The notes beneath the pieces are model-generated. The model was not told the origin of the DNA. It made no database searches and saw only the letters and a list, made by a program, of their open reading frames with translations. A DNA stretch of 64,000 nt, taken from a virus. Positions within the stretch are counted from its first letter, which is position 1; every line of letters starts with the position of its first letter. This document shows, one piece after another, positions 50,842 to 58,998 of the stretch. Location: IMG/VR virus record IMGVR_UViG_3300010151_000009, positions 1 to 64,000 of that record. One strand, given 5' to 3'. A program made the position numbers and the translations under genes.

Positions 50842-51966
50842 TTAAATACTTAAATCTAGATCATCTATATCAAATTTAGTGCTTCGTCGTTGTCCTGCTT
50901 TTGAACTTTTAGTTCTTGATTCATTCCTAGAAATTCTATCTTTTAACGATCGTACACTTTGTGTTTTAGCTTTCGTATTAATAATGGTATCCAGATCAAA
51001 TCCTTTAAACATTAAATAATCTATAGCTAATTTCACATCCATATCTGCTTCTAAATGATCTACATCTCTTTGCGTATATCCTTCCTTATTTATAGGAGTA
51101 GATAAATACGCATAGAAATCATTTTTATCTTTTTCTGATACTTTTAATCCTGCAAACTCTCTTGAAGTTTCTATAGTATCTGAGATTCCACTCCAAAATG
51201 TTTCTTGTTGTTGAGCGGTTTCTTGTTGTTTTACTTTTTGTTTTTCTATTAATTGTGCTTTTTCTTCATCTTGATACTTAGCTAAAGCTTTACGTGCAGC
51301 TTCTGATCTATCACGTAATTTACCAGTATCCTCATAATCTTCAAGCATCTCTTTAATAAATTCAGTTTCATGTCCTTTCATTGCTAAATAATCTCCTAAA
51401 ATAGCTTTCTGACTTCTTGAGTCATTATCTGCTATACTTAAGTTATTATAATCCACATTAGGATCATTCGCATTCATAAATTCCTGAGATTGTCCTCCAT
51501 TTAATACATATTCTAAATGTTGTTTTACCAATGGAAATTTATTTAAAACTGTGTCTATTCTTTCATCTGCCATTTGAGAAGCAATATCTTTAGTCATCTC
51601 AATTAGTCCTTCTGAAGTATCATCATAGTTTGCACCATCTACTTCATAACCTAGATTATCTAAAACTTCATTGATTATACTTTCAGAATCTTCTTCTTCA
51701 TCTTCTTCAAGTTCATCTATATGATCATCTTTAGTATCCTCTTCTTTTTCTTCCTCCTCTTCTTGTTCCGGAATTTCAGGATCAATTTCGTCAAGTGTAG
51801 GAGAATCTGTATCTTGTTCGATGTCATCTAAAACCGGAGTCTCCTCAGTTTTTGTGACTTCTGGTTCTACAGCAATTTCTTCTGTAGATTCCATTGCAAC
51901 ACCTTCTCCTGATAATACGTCATCAAAAGTGATATCGTCTAGTTGAATTTTTTCATTTGGGTCCAT
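50842..51966 (-). CDS. Putative capsid scaffolding protein
   Basis: 374 aa with a very acidic disordered N-terminus and a helical C-terminus; directly upstream of the MCP. Confidence 0.7.
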   Translation of the reverse strand: MDPNEKIQLDDITFDDVLSGEGVAMESTEEIAVEPEVTKTEETPVLDDIEQDTDSPTLDEIDPEIPEQEEEEEKEEDTKDDHIDELEEDEEEDSESIINEVLDNLGYEVDGANYDDTSEGLIEMTKDIASQMADERIDTVLNKFPLVKQHLEYVLNGGQSQEFMNANDPNVDYNNLSIADNDSRSQKAILGDYLAMKGHETEFIKEMLEDYEDTGKLRDRSEAARKALAKYQDEEKAQLIEKQKVKQQETAQQQETFWSGISDTIETSREFAGLKVSEKDKNDFYAYLSTPINKEGYTQRDVDHLEADMDVKLAIDYLMFKGFDLDTIINTKAKTQSVRSLKDRISRNESRTKSSKAGQRRSTKFDIDDLDLSI

Positions 51967-51987
51967 TATATATATTGTTTTAAGTTA

Positions 51988-52058
51988 CAAAATTAGTTAA
52001 TTATAGCGTTTAATTTTTGGTTTTTATTTTTTCTATATGTCTATTATTATATAACACT
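51988..52058 (-). promoter_or_regulatory. Putative late promoter: upstream box AGTGTTATATAATAATA plus Bacteroidota -7 element TAATTTTG
   Basis: TAnnTTTG at 51988-51995 and a 17-bp box at 52042-52058; the same arrangement recurs upstream of the portal gene. Confidence 0.65.
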
Positions 52059-55000
52059 TACCATGCTAATCTTTGCTTGTATCCACCCGTCTTTTGTATT
52101 GATGCAGTTAATACAGCATCTTCCTCAGCAGTATAAGGTTGTAGTCGTCTATTAATATAACGATTAATTTGACTAATATATGCTTCTGGATTTTCATCAT
52201 TACTCAGTTTATCACGCGCATGAAGTGCAAACTCTTTACCAAATAATGACTCTAGTCTTCCCCAGTTAGTACCACTAAGATCTGAAGTCTCTCCAAAATA
52301 ACCTTCACGAAGTAATTCAAGTTGTGCATCAATACTCATTCCCTCATTCTGTCCAAATTTAAATAATTTACCAGAACCTTGGTTATGAGTTAAAATTGTC
52401 ATATTACGTACATCTTGTTCTGTTAATCCTAAACTTGGATTATCTGTAGCATATTTACTAAGCACAGCATATCGACGTGCAAATCTATCTATAGTATAAG
52501 CTAATGATCTCGAATCTTGATCATCTATATTAGCATCATTTAAATTATAATAATCAGCTGTACCTTGTGCAGTTCCATCTAATTTTATTTTTAAAATTCC
52601 TCTGGATACAGCTCCTCGGTCACTCTCTTCACCTATAATATTTCTTAGTATTCTTGATTTTGCTATCTTAGTATCAGTTGGTTTATTTAATCCTAAATGT
52701 GATTCATGCATTGCTGTAGCTAAGACAGCTTCACTTAACCAATTATGATCTATTTCGATTCCTAAATCACTTGTAATTGGAGCAACATTATTTTTTACAA
52801 AATTAATATTATCATTTAAAATTTCTTTTTCCTTATCTGTATAACCTATTAAAATTTTATTATCTACTTTATTGTTTTTATCACCAATTTCTATAGTATC
52901 TACTTTTTCTCTTTTCTCTGCAAGAAACTCAATGTAAGCATCATTATCATGTTGGATTTCTTCTGACTCATATTGATATTTCCATTGAGGTTTATTTGTT
53001 TTTGGAGAGGTTACCCAAGCAATTCCACCCCCAGTAATATCATTATACGCATCTTCATGCACTATTCCTCCCGCTCCTGTAGCATTAATTTGATGACTAA
53101 TATAGGGAACTCCATCTCTAATTTCAGTTACCCATCCTACGTGTGTATTATATGAATCTCCAGTATGTCCATCATAAGCTGCCTCCCATTCTCTTGAATT
53201 GTCATATACAAGGCCAACTACATCTCCAACTTGAAATATTTCTGCTGAAGGTTGATTAGTTTTTCTATGTACTATAGATTTTGTTCTTGCATCATTTGCA
53301 TTTAAAACATTATCAAAATCTGAATGATTATAAATACTAAATTTTTGTACTCCTCCATGATCTATTATATTTTGTTCCATTGTCCAGGCATGTCCACCAA
53401 CTCCCATTCCCCAAGCATCGTATCCTTCTCTTTCATATTCATTATTTACATATTCTGCACACCCATCTTCATAACAGAAACTATCTCTGTTTGCAGGATC
53501 AAAATATAAGGATTGTGTAGTTTGTAATTTATCCATCAATACTTGTTCATAAGCTAATTTTGTCATAGGTCCAAATTTTCCATCTACTCCATCTTTATTT
53601 GGTCCATATGATCCAAGCATGTCCCCTCGACCAGATGCAATAATTTCTCGTTGTATCTCTTCTACATCTTCTTGATTCATCCTAGTGTATTGTCCAAAAT
53701 AAGTTTTAACAACTTCTGCAGCAGATTCTTTGACTTCTTTTTCTGCACGTATCTGATTGTTCTGTTCGATATTCCTATCATAAGACTCGTACATGTCTTT
53801 TACGTTTACATCAGTTAAGTTATGATCATAAACTTCAGGTTCTTTTTCATCTTCCACTACTTCTGGTGCATCTTCAGGTTCCTCAACTGTTACTGTAGGT
53901 ATTATAGGGACTTGGGATTGAATTTGATCAGTTGGTAAAGGTTCTATTTGATATAAATCATTATCATAAAATCCTCCATCTTGTTTTTTAGTAGATTTTC
54001 TATTATTCCATTTCTTCCTTTCTTCATCTTTATATTTTTTAGGTAATTTATCCCAAGAATATTTTACTTTACTCTTATCTTTTAAAGTATAACTAAAAGA
54101 TTTCTTATGATATTTTCCCCAAAATTCAAATATTTGCTCGTCAGTAGGAGGTTTCTTTCCTTTAACTAATTTATCAAAAGCATCTCGTTGTTGTGTACCA
54201 TGATAAATTTTCTCAATTAAAAAGATAGCATCTTGATCTTCTTTATCAAATGTTGAAAAATCTGAAGATGAATTTTGATAATTATCCTTTAATTTATTTA
54301 CAGAACTATGATTTGCTTCTCTAAAATCTATATTACCTTTATTTTCTAAAAACTGTTTAGTAACATTTACTGCAGTATTACCACTTCCGTCTTCAGTATT
54401 CTCAAATTGATATGTTCCTCTACCAGGTCCATCAAATGGAACTCTTTTACCATCTACTGTTTTATAAGACACCTGCTTTTGTTCAGGATTATTATATGAC
54501 TCATGATTACCAATTGCACTCATAACTGTTCTAACGTAATCCATATTTCGCCCTGTCTTAATTAAGTAATTTTTTGTAATTGTATATAAAGATTCGTGTC
54601 CAGCATCGTGAGTTGCTCTAACTTGAGAAATATATTGATCTGTTTGTGAAGTTGCAGGTTTAATCCCATCTATAACTCCTTGTGGAACTTTAGAATCTCT
54701 ACCTCCTCCATTTTGATACTTTCTTAATCCTCCTTTTTTAAAAGTAGTAAATGGATTTTTACCATCATTTGTAAGTTGTCTTATCTCATCTCCACTTAAG
54801 ATTCCTTTAGATTGTCTTATAGGAATATTTTGTTTCCCTACAATTTGAGTTGTTGTACTAATTCCTGGAGGATGTATAGTATTAGTATTTATCACTCCTC
54901 CATGAGGTATCTTATCAAGACTTTTAATATCCGTGCTTGTATTAAATATCCCCATACTAGGATCATTATGTCCATAATTATCTAACCCACTTATTCTGTC

Positions 55001-56281
55001 ATATATCTGATCATTACTAAGTTTTGAAACATCATCCTCAAATATATTTATTTTTGAAGTATATGCACTTCTGTCAGGGGCTCTACCATATCTAGAATGT
55101 GTTTGTCCTGGAAAATCTCCATAATATACAACATCACTGTTACCACGTACACCACTAAAACCCGCTCGATTTCCTACTCCTCCAGTAGGAGTTGTACCCA
55201 TAAACTCAGCTAATTGTTTTGGGTCGCTAGGATCAAATCCATATTTCTCTGCTGCTTTTAGTAATTCCTCATTTCTCATAACGTTACCATTTATATTAAC
55301 AGTACGATATGCATTATTTCTTGAAGAATACTCCTTAAGTAAATCTTCTCTAGTAGTTATTTGTTTATATCCAGCATCACTATTTTTAACTATACCTGGT
55401 TGGTGTAAATCAGATAATTGTTTATTTAATTGTGCTTTTTTTCCTCTATCTAGAACATTATAAACTTTTTTACCAACGTTTTTACCCTGTTTAAGAACAG
55501 CTCCTCCAGCAAATGGTACGGCTATACCTGCCATTGAAAGACTTGCGTCACCATAATTACCTCTGTATGTAGATGCCGCAGCACTTAAAAGATCTCCTAC
55601 TTCTGAAACAATTGGAATACCTGTCATACCTATAGCATCTCCCGCTTTAACAGGATCTGTTAAAAACTCTGTTATATCTTCCTTAGCTTGTATCACATGT
55701 TTTTTTGTTGCCTCTTTATCATCAGCTACTTTTACATTTTTTTCCTCGAAAGTCATTGGAGTCCCATCTTTATTATAGTACTTAGAACCTTGAGTTGTAC
55801 TTACAGTATTAGAAAGAATTCCTTTATTTTTTGCTGTCTTTGTCGTACCAGTCTTTTCTTCTTCTAAGAATTGGTTAATAAACGCATCCTTATCAAATCC
55901 AGCATCTTGATATTTTCTTACACCACCTTTTTGATAGGTACCAGGAGATTCAATAACAGTTCCTTCATCTTCTCCCATAGAAAGATTTTGTATTCCTGGA
56001 GGAACAGATTTATATGATCTAACTAAATTACCTTGATTGTCAACTTTTTTAATGTCTATAGGTTCAGACATTCCTACAGTATTCATAGGACCTGAAACAT
56101 TTGGAAATACCATACTAGATCCAGGAGGCGCTCCTCTTAAACCTTGCTCTTGCTCTGCTTTAGTTCGAGCAACTTTAGCATTTGCAATCTGCTCTTTTTT
56201 AATTAGATCTCCTATAGATCCTTTATAATCATTAGCAAGAGCTGACTTTAATATCTCAAATTGTTTTTCTAATGCATTCAT
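52058..56281 (-). CDS. Multi-domain virion cargo protein: pre-toxin-like plus putative ART-like domain, lysozyme-like, PG-binding, CHAP/NlpC-like and SLT-like domains
   Basis: 1407 aa. Motifs: AIGNHES...GPGRGTYQF; VEEIQ..GVDGKFGPMT; DGCAEYV..GHAW..GDVVGL..THVG; AMHES..SRGILKIK..THNQG. Domains are separated by KxxxGG motifs. Confidence 0.7.
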   Translation of the reverse strand: MNALEKQFEILKSALANDYKGSIGDLIKKEQIANAKVARTKAEQEQGLRGAPPGSSMVFPNVSGPMNTVGMSEPIDIKKVDNQGNLVRSYKSVPPGIQNLSMGEDEGTVIESPGTYQKGGVRKYQDAGFDKDAFINQFLEEEKTGTTKTAKNKGILSNTVSTTQGSKYYNKDGTPMTFEEKNVKVADDKEATKKHVIQAKEDITEFLTDPVKAGDAIGMTGIPIVSEVGDLLSAAASTYRGNYGDASLSMAGIAVPFAGGAVLKQGKNVGKKVYNVLDRGKKAQLNKQLSDLHQPGIVKNSDAGYKQITTREDLLKEYSSRNNAYRTVNINGNVMRNEELLKAAEKYGFDPSDPKQLAEFMGTTPTGGVGNRAGFSGVRGNSDVVYYGDFPGQTHSRYGRAPDRSAYTSKINIFEDDVSKLSNDQIYDRISGLDNYGHNDPSMGIFNTSTDIKSLDKIPHGGVINTNTIHPPGISTTTQIVGKQNIPIRQSKGILSGDEIRQLTNDGKNPFTTFKKGGLRKYQNGGGRDSKVPQGVIDGIKPATSQTDQYISQVRATHDAGHESLYTITKNYLIKTGRNMDYVRTVMSAIGNHESYNNPEQKQVSYKTVDGKRVPFDGPGRGTYQFENTEDGSGNTAVNVTKQFLENKGNIDFREANHSSVNKLKDNYQNSSSDFSTFDKEDQDAIFLIEKIYHGTQQRDAFDKLVKGKKPPTDEQIFEFWGKYHKKSFSYTLKDKSKVKYSWDKLPKKYKDEERKKWNNRKSTKKQDGGFYDNDLYQIEPLPTDQIQSQVPIIPTVTVEEPEDAPEVVEDEKEPEVYDHNLTDVNVKDMYESYDRNIEQNNQIRAEKEVKESAAEVVKTYFGQYTRMNQEDVEEIQREIIASGRGDMLGSYGPNKDGVDGKFGPMTKLAYEQVLMDKLQTTQSLYFDPANRDSFCYEDGCAEYVNNEYEREGYDAWGMGVGGHAWTMEQNIIDHGGVQKFSIYNHSDFDNVLNANDARTKSIVHRKTNQPSAEIFQVGDVVGLVYDNSREWEAAYDGHTGDSYNTHVGWVTEIRDGVPYISHQINATGAGGIVHEDAYNDITGGGIAWVTSPKTNKPQWKYQYESEEIQHDNDAYIEFLAEKREKVDTIEIGDKNNKVDNKILIGYTDKEKEILNDNINFVKNNVAPITSDLGIEIDHNWLSEAVLATAMHESHLGLNKPTDTKIAKSRILRNIIGEESDRGAVSRGILKIKLDGTAQGTADYYNLNDANIDDQDSRSLAYTIDRFARRYAVLSKYATDNPSLGLTEQDVRNMTILTHNQGSGKLFKFGQNEGMSIDAQLELLREGYFGETSDLSGTNWGRLESLFGKEFALHARDKLSNDENPEAYISQINRYINRRLQPYTAEEDAVLTASIQKTGGYKQRLAW

Positions 56282-58590
56282 TTCTTAGTAGTTCCTGAAC
56301 TTGGCTTAGGTTTTGCTTTTGCAATTTTCTCTTTAGACTTAATTTCTTTACCTTTAAGTTTAAGTTCATCCCTTCTAATACTTTCATCTGCTTTATTAGC
56401 TCTTTCTTTTTCATCTGCTTCTTTTACTTTAGTATCAGAATCTTGCAATTTAACTCCTATCTCTTGATCGCCTTGTACAGAATCTAAACTAATTCTAGCA
56501 TTATTGTCATCCGCATGAATCATAGCAACTTTAATTTGAGTTTCTCTATCTTTTTGCTTATTCATGTTATCATTCTCTAGAACATCTTTAGCTTGTTCAA
56601 GTTTTTGTTGCTCAATTTCATTTTTAGATTGTTGTTGTTCTTGTTCTAATTGTTGTAACTGTTTCTCTGCAGCAGCTACTTTTGCTTTAATAGATGAGAA
56701 GTTTTCAGATTCTAACATATGAACTATAGTTGAAGACGGAACTCCATTTTGAATCATTGATTGCGATAATTGTTTTATTAGATCTAACTTTTCTTGCTCT
56801 TTACCAGAATCTTTAACAAAAATACCATAATTTGATTCCATATGAGACATGCTATCAATATCTAGAAATTCTTGAGTTCCATCAGGCATCATAAAAGCAG
56901 CTTTCTTTCCGTCAATCCAAGCTTCTTTAGAATAATCTAACATTGCTTGTAAATCTCTTTGTTCCATTCTATTAAACTTTTTAAATAAATCTTCTGTAAT
57001 ATGGGATGATTGTACAATTGCTTGTTGAGCAACTGCTTTACCTTCATATGGACCTACTGTACCTTGTCTTTGTCTATTAACTCCAGATAATTTTTCCCAT
57101 TCAACCATAATTGACTCTAATAATGCAATATATTGATCAATAGTTTTAATTGACATATCCATTACAGATTGATGTTGAGGATTTAATTGTATTCCTTCTT
57201 TATTATAATCTACCCAAGCTATTCCTGTACCTTCAACATAATACATAAACTTATCCATATCCCATTTTTTAGGGATCATATTAATATCAAATTGAGCGAT
57301 AATGTCTTTACTTCTTGCAATAGCAAGTTCTAATCTATATTTATAGATATTATATGTTAATTGAAATGGGATCCCGAGAGCTACTAAAGAAATATTTTGA
57401 GCGTTTGTATCTGAATAATGTCTTCCATTTATAGGAAGTTTACATGTAGATTCATTATCTAAAGATTCTCTTTGATTAGCTATAGGATTAATATTAATAT
57501 ACATTCGTCCATCAATTCGTGTACCTTCCCAAACTTCATTTACCCACATCCAAGAAATTTTAGCTCCTTGAGCTTTCATTTCTGCAGGCATTCTGAATCC
57601 ATCTTCTACCTCTTGTTCTTCCATAGCTCCAGTCAAAGGATCTAAGTAAGATAAAAACCCTACTCTTTTCCTAGATTTCCAATATACATTTATAACCTCT
57701 AATAATCTATTTCTATAAGCATTAGGATCTTTACCTGATGAACTCGCATACATTAAATAAGAGTCTGCTTCTGAATGAGTAGGATTTTCTAAATTTAAAA
57801 CTTGTTCTTCAGTTAACCATTCATAATATTGATCAACAACTGTAGACGCATGCATGTATTTTCTAATTAATGCCCAATCTCCATCTTCAACAAACTCTAA
57901 ATCTGGGTCTAAATCATAATCTACATCAATTGGATTTAATACGTCTAAGAATGGTTCTCCATTTCTAACTCCTCTATGAGTATAAGTTTCTCCAGCAACT
58001 AAAAAATGAAACCATGCCTGACTAAATTTATCTTCAGCTTCTTGCTGAGCCATAACATATGTTAAAGCATGTTGTCCTTTAATAGCTCTGTTATCTACAT
58101 ACGAATTCTCAAATTGATCTGCTATATGTTGAGGTAACTCTATATCATAATTATCAATGCCTGTATCTACTCCTCGAGCATTCATTTGATTAACAAACAT
58201 TTCTTGCATACCTCTCATAATAGCGTCTTGTTTTGACTCTTCTTTAATTGAGATTGCATCTGCATTTTTAACTACAACGGTGAAATTGAGAGGTCTTTTA
58301 GACTTTTCTCCGAGAAGGAGATCAATTATAGGCTTTATAATAGGATAGTTACGCATTCTAGATGGGAAATTACTTCGACTTTTACCATACGGTTTAAGTA
58401 CGTGCGTATAGTCTCCCTCATCAATTACACCATTATAGTAATCATATAATCTTTTCAGATTATCTTTATTAGTGGCATATCCAGTACCTTGATTTGAGAG
58501 GTCAATATATGCCTCTACACAAGCTTCTCTCCACTGTTTAGTTTTTTTATTGACAGCTAACCTCTGCCGTGGTATTTTATCATAGCCCAT
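56278..58590 (-). CDS. Portal protein
   Basis: 770 aa with NYPIIKPIIDLLLGE, YWKS, WVNEVWEGTRI, CKLPING and SGVNRQRQG plus a C-terminal coiled coil, matching the crAss-like portal pattern. Confidence 0.93.
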   Translation of the reverse strand: MGYDKIPRQRLAVNKKTKQWREACVEAYIDLSNQGTGYATNKDNLKRLYDYYNGVIDEGDYTHVLKPYGKSRSNFPSRMRNYPIIKPIIDLLLGEKSKRPLNFTVVVKNADAISIKEESKQDAIMRGMQEMFVNQMNARGVDTGIDNYDIELPQHIADQFENSYVDNRAIKGQHALTYVMAQQEAEDKFSQAWFHFLVAGETYTHRGVRNGEPFLDVLNPIDVDYDLDPDLEFVEDGDWALIRKYMHASTVVDQYYEWLTEEQVLNLENPTHSEADSYLMYASSSGKDPNAYRNRLLEVINVYWKSRKRVGFLSYLDPLTGAMEEQEVEDGFRMPAEMKAQGAKISWMWVNEVWEGTRIDGRMYININPIANQRESLDNESTCKLPINGRHYSDTNAQNISLVALGIPFQLTYNIYKYRLELAIARSKDIIAQFDINMIPKKWDMDKFMYYVEGTGIAWVDYNKEGIQLNPQHQSVMDMSIKTIDQYIALLESIMVEWEKLSGVNRQRQGTVGPYEGKAVAQQAIVQSSHITEDLFKKFNRMEQRDLQAMLDYSKEAWIDGKKAAFMMPDGTQEFLDIDSMSHMESNYGIFVKDSGKEQEKLDLIKQLSQSMIQNGVPSSTIVHMLESENFSSIKAKVAAAEKQLQQLEQEQQQSKNEIEQQKLEQAKDVLENDNMNKQKDRETQIKVAMIHADDNNARISLDSVQGDQEIGVKLQDSDTKVKEADEKERANKADESIRRDELKLKGKEIKSKEKIAKAKPKPSSGTTKK

Positions 58591-58596
58591 AATCTA

Positions 58597-58668
58597 CAAA
58601 AGTACTTAAATTTTTAGTTATTTTTACTTATTAGTCTTATTTATTATTTTATATTATAATATATCACT
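58597..58668 (-). promoter_or_regulatory. Putative late promoter: upstream box AGTGATATATTATAATA plus Bacteroidota -7 element TACTTTTG
   Basis: TAnnTTTG at 58597-58604 and a 17-bp box at 58652-58668 that is 15/17 identical to the copy at 52042-52058. Confidence 0.65.
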
Positions 58669-58998
58669 TTAAAGATAATCACATATACTATATAAACTAT
58701 ATTGTAAAGTCAATTCTTCTCCTTGTTCTATTTTTCTTAATGTTTTTAATTTTTTGTAATCATCATTTTCATCATCTTCTATAAGTTCACAATTAGGAGT
58801 TTCAGAATGATTAATAAATCCTCCTAATGGCGTACGTATATAATCATGTTGAAAATTTGGATCATATACATGACTTATACCTATAACTACCTCCCCCGGA
58901 ATATCTTCTGTAGCGAGAATCCCAGCTCCATGAATTTGTGACGGACCTATTGCTAAGTACTCCGGTAGAGGGTTATAAGGTAATTTCTTTTTTTTCAT
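58669..58998 (-). CDS. Stand-alone SET-domain lysine methyltransferase
   Basis: 109 aa with the SET signature motifs SQIHGAGILATEDI, GFINHSETPNC and IEQGEELTLQY. Confidence 0.9.
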   Translation of the reverse strand: MKKKKLPYNPLPEYLAIGPSQIHGAGILATEDIPGEVVIGISHVYDPNFQHDYIRTPLGGFINHSETPNCELIEDDENDDYKKLKTLRKIEQGEELTLQYSLYSICDYL

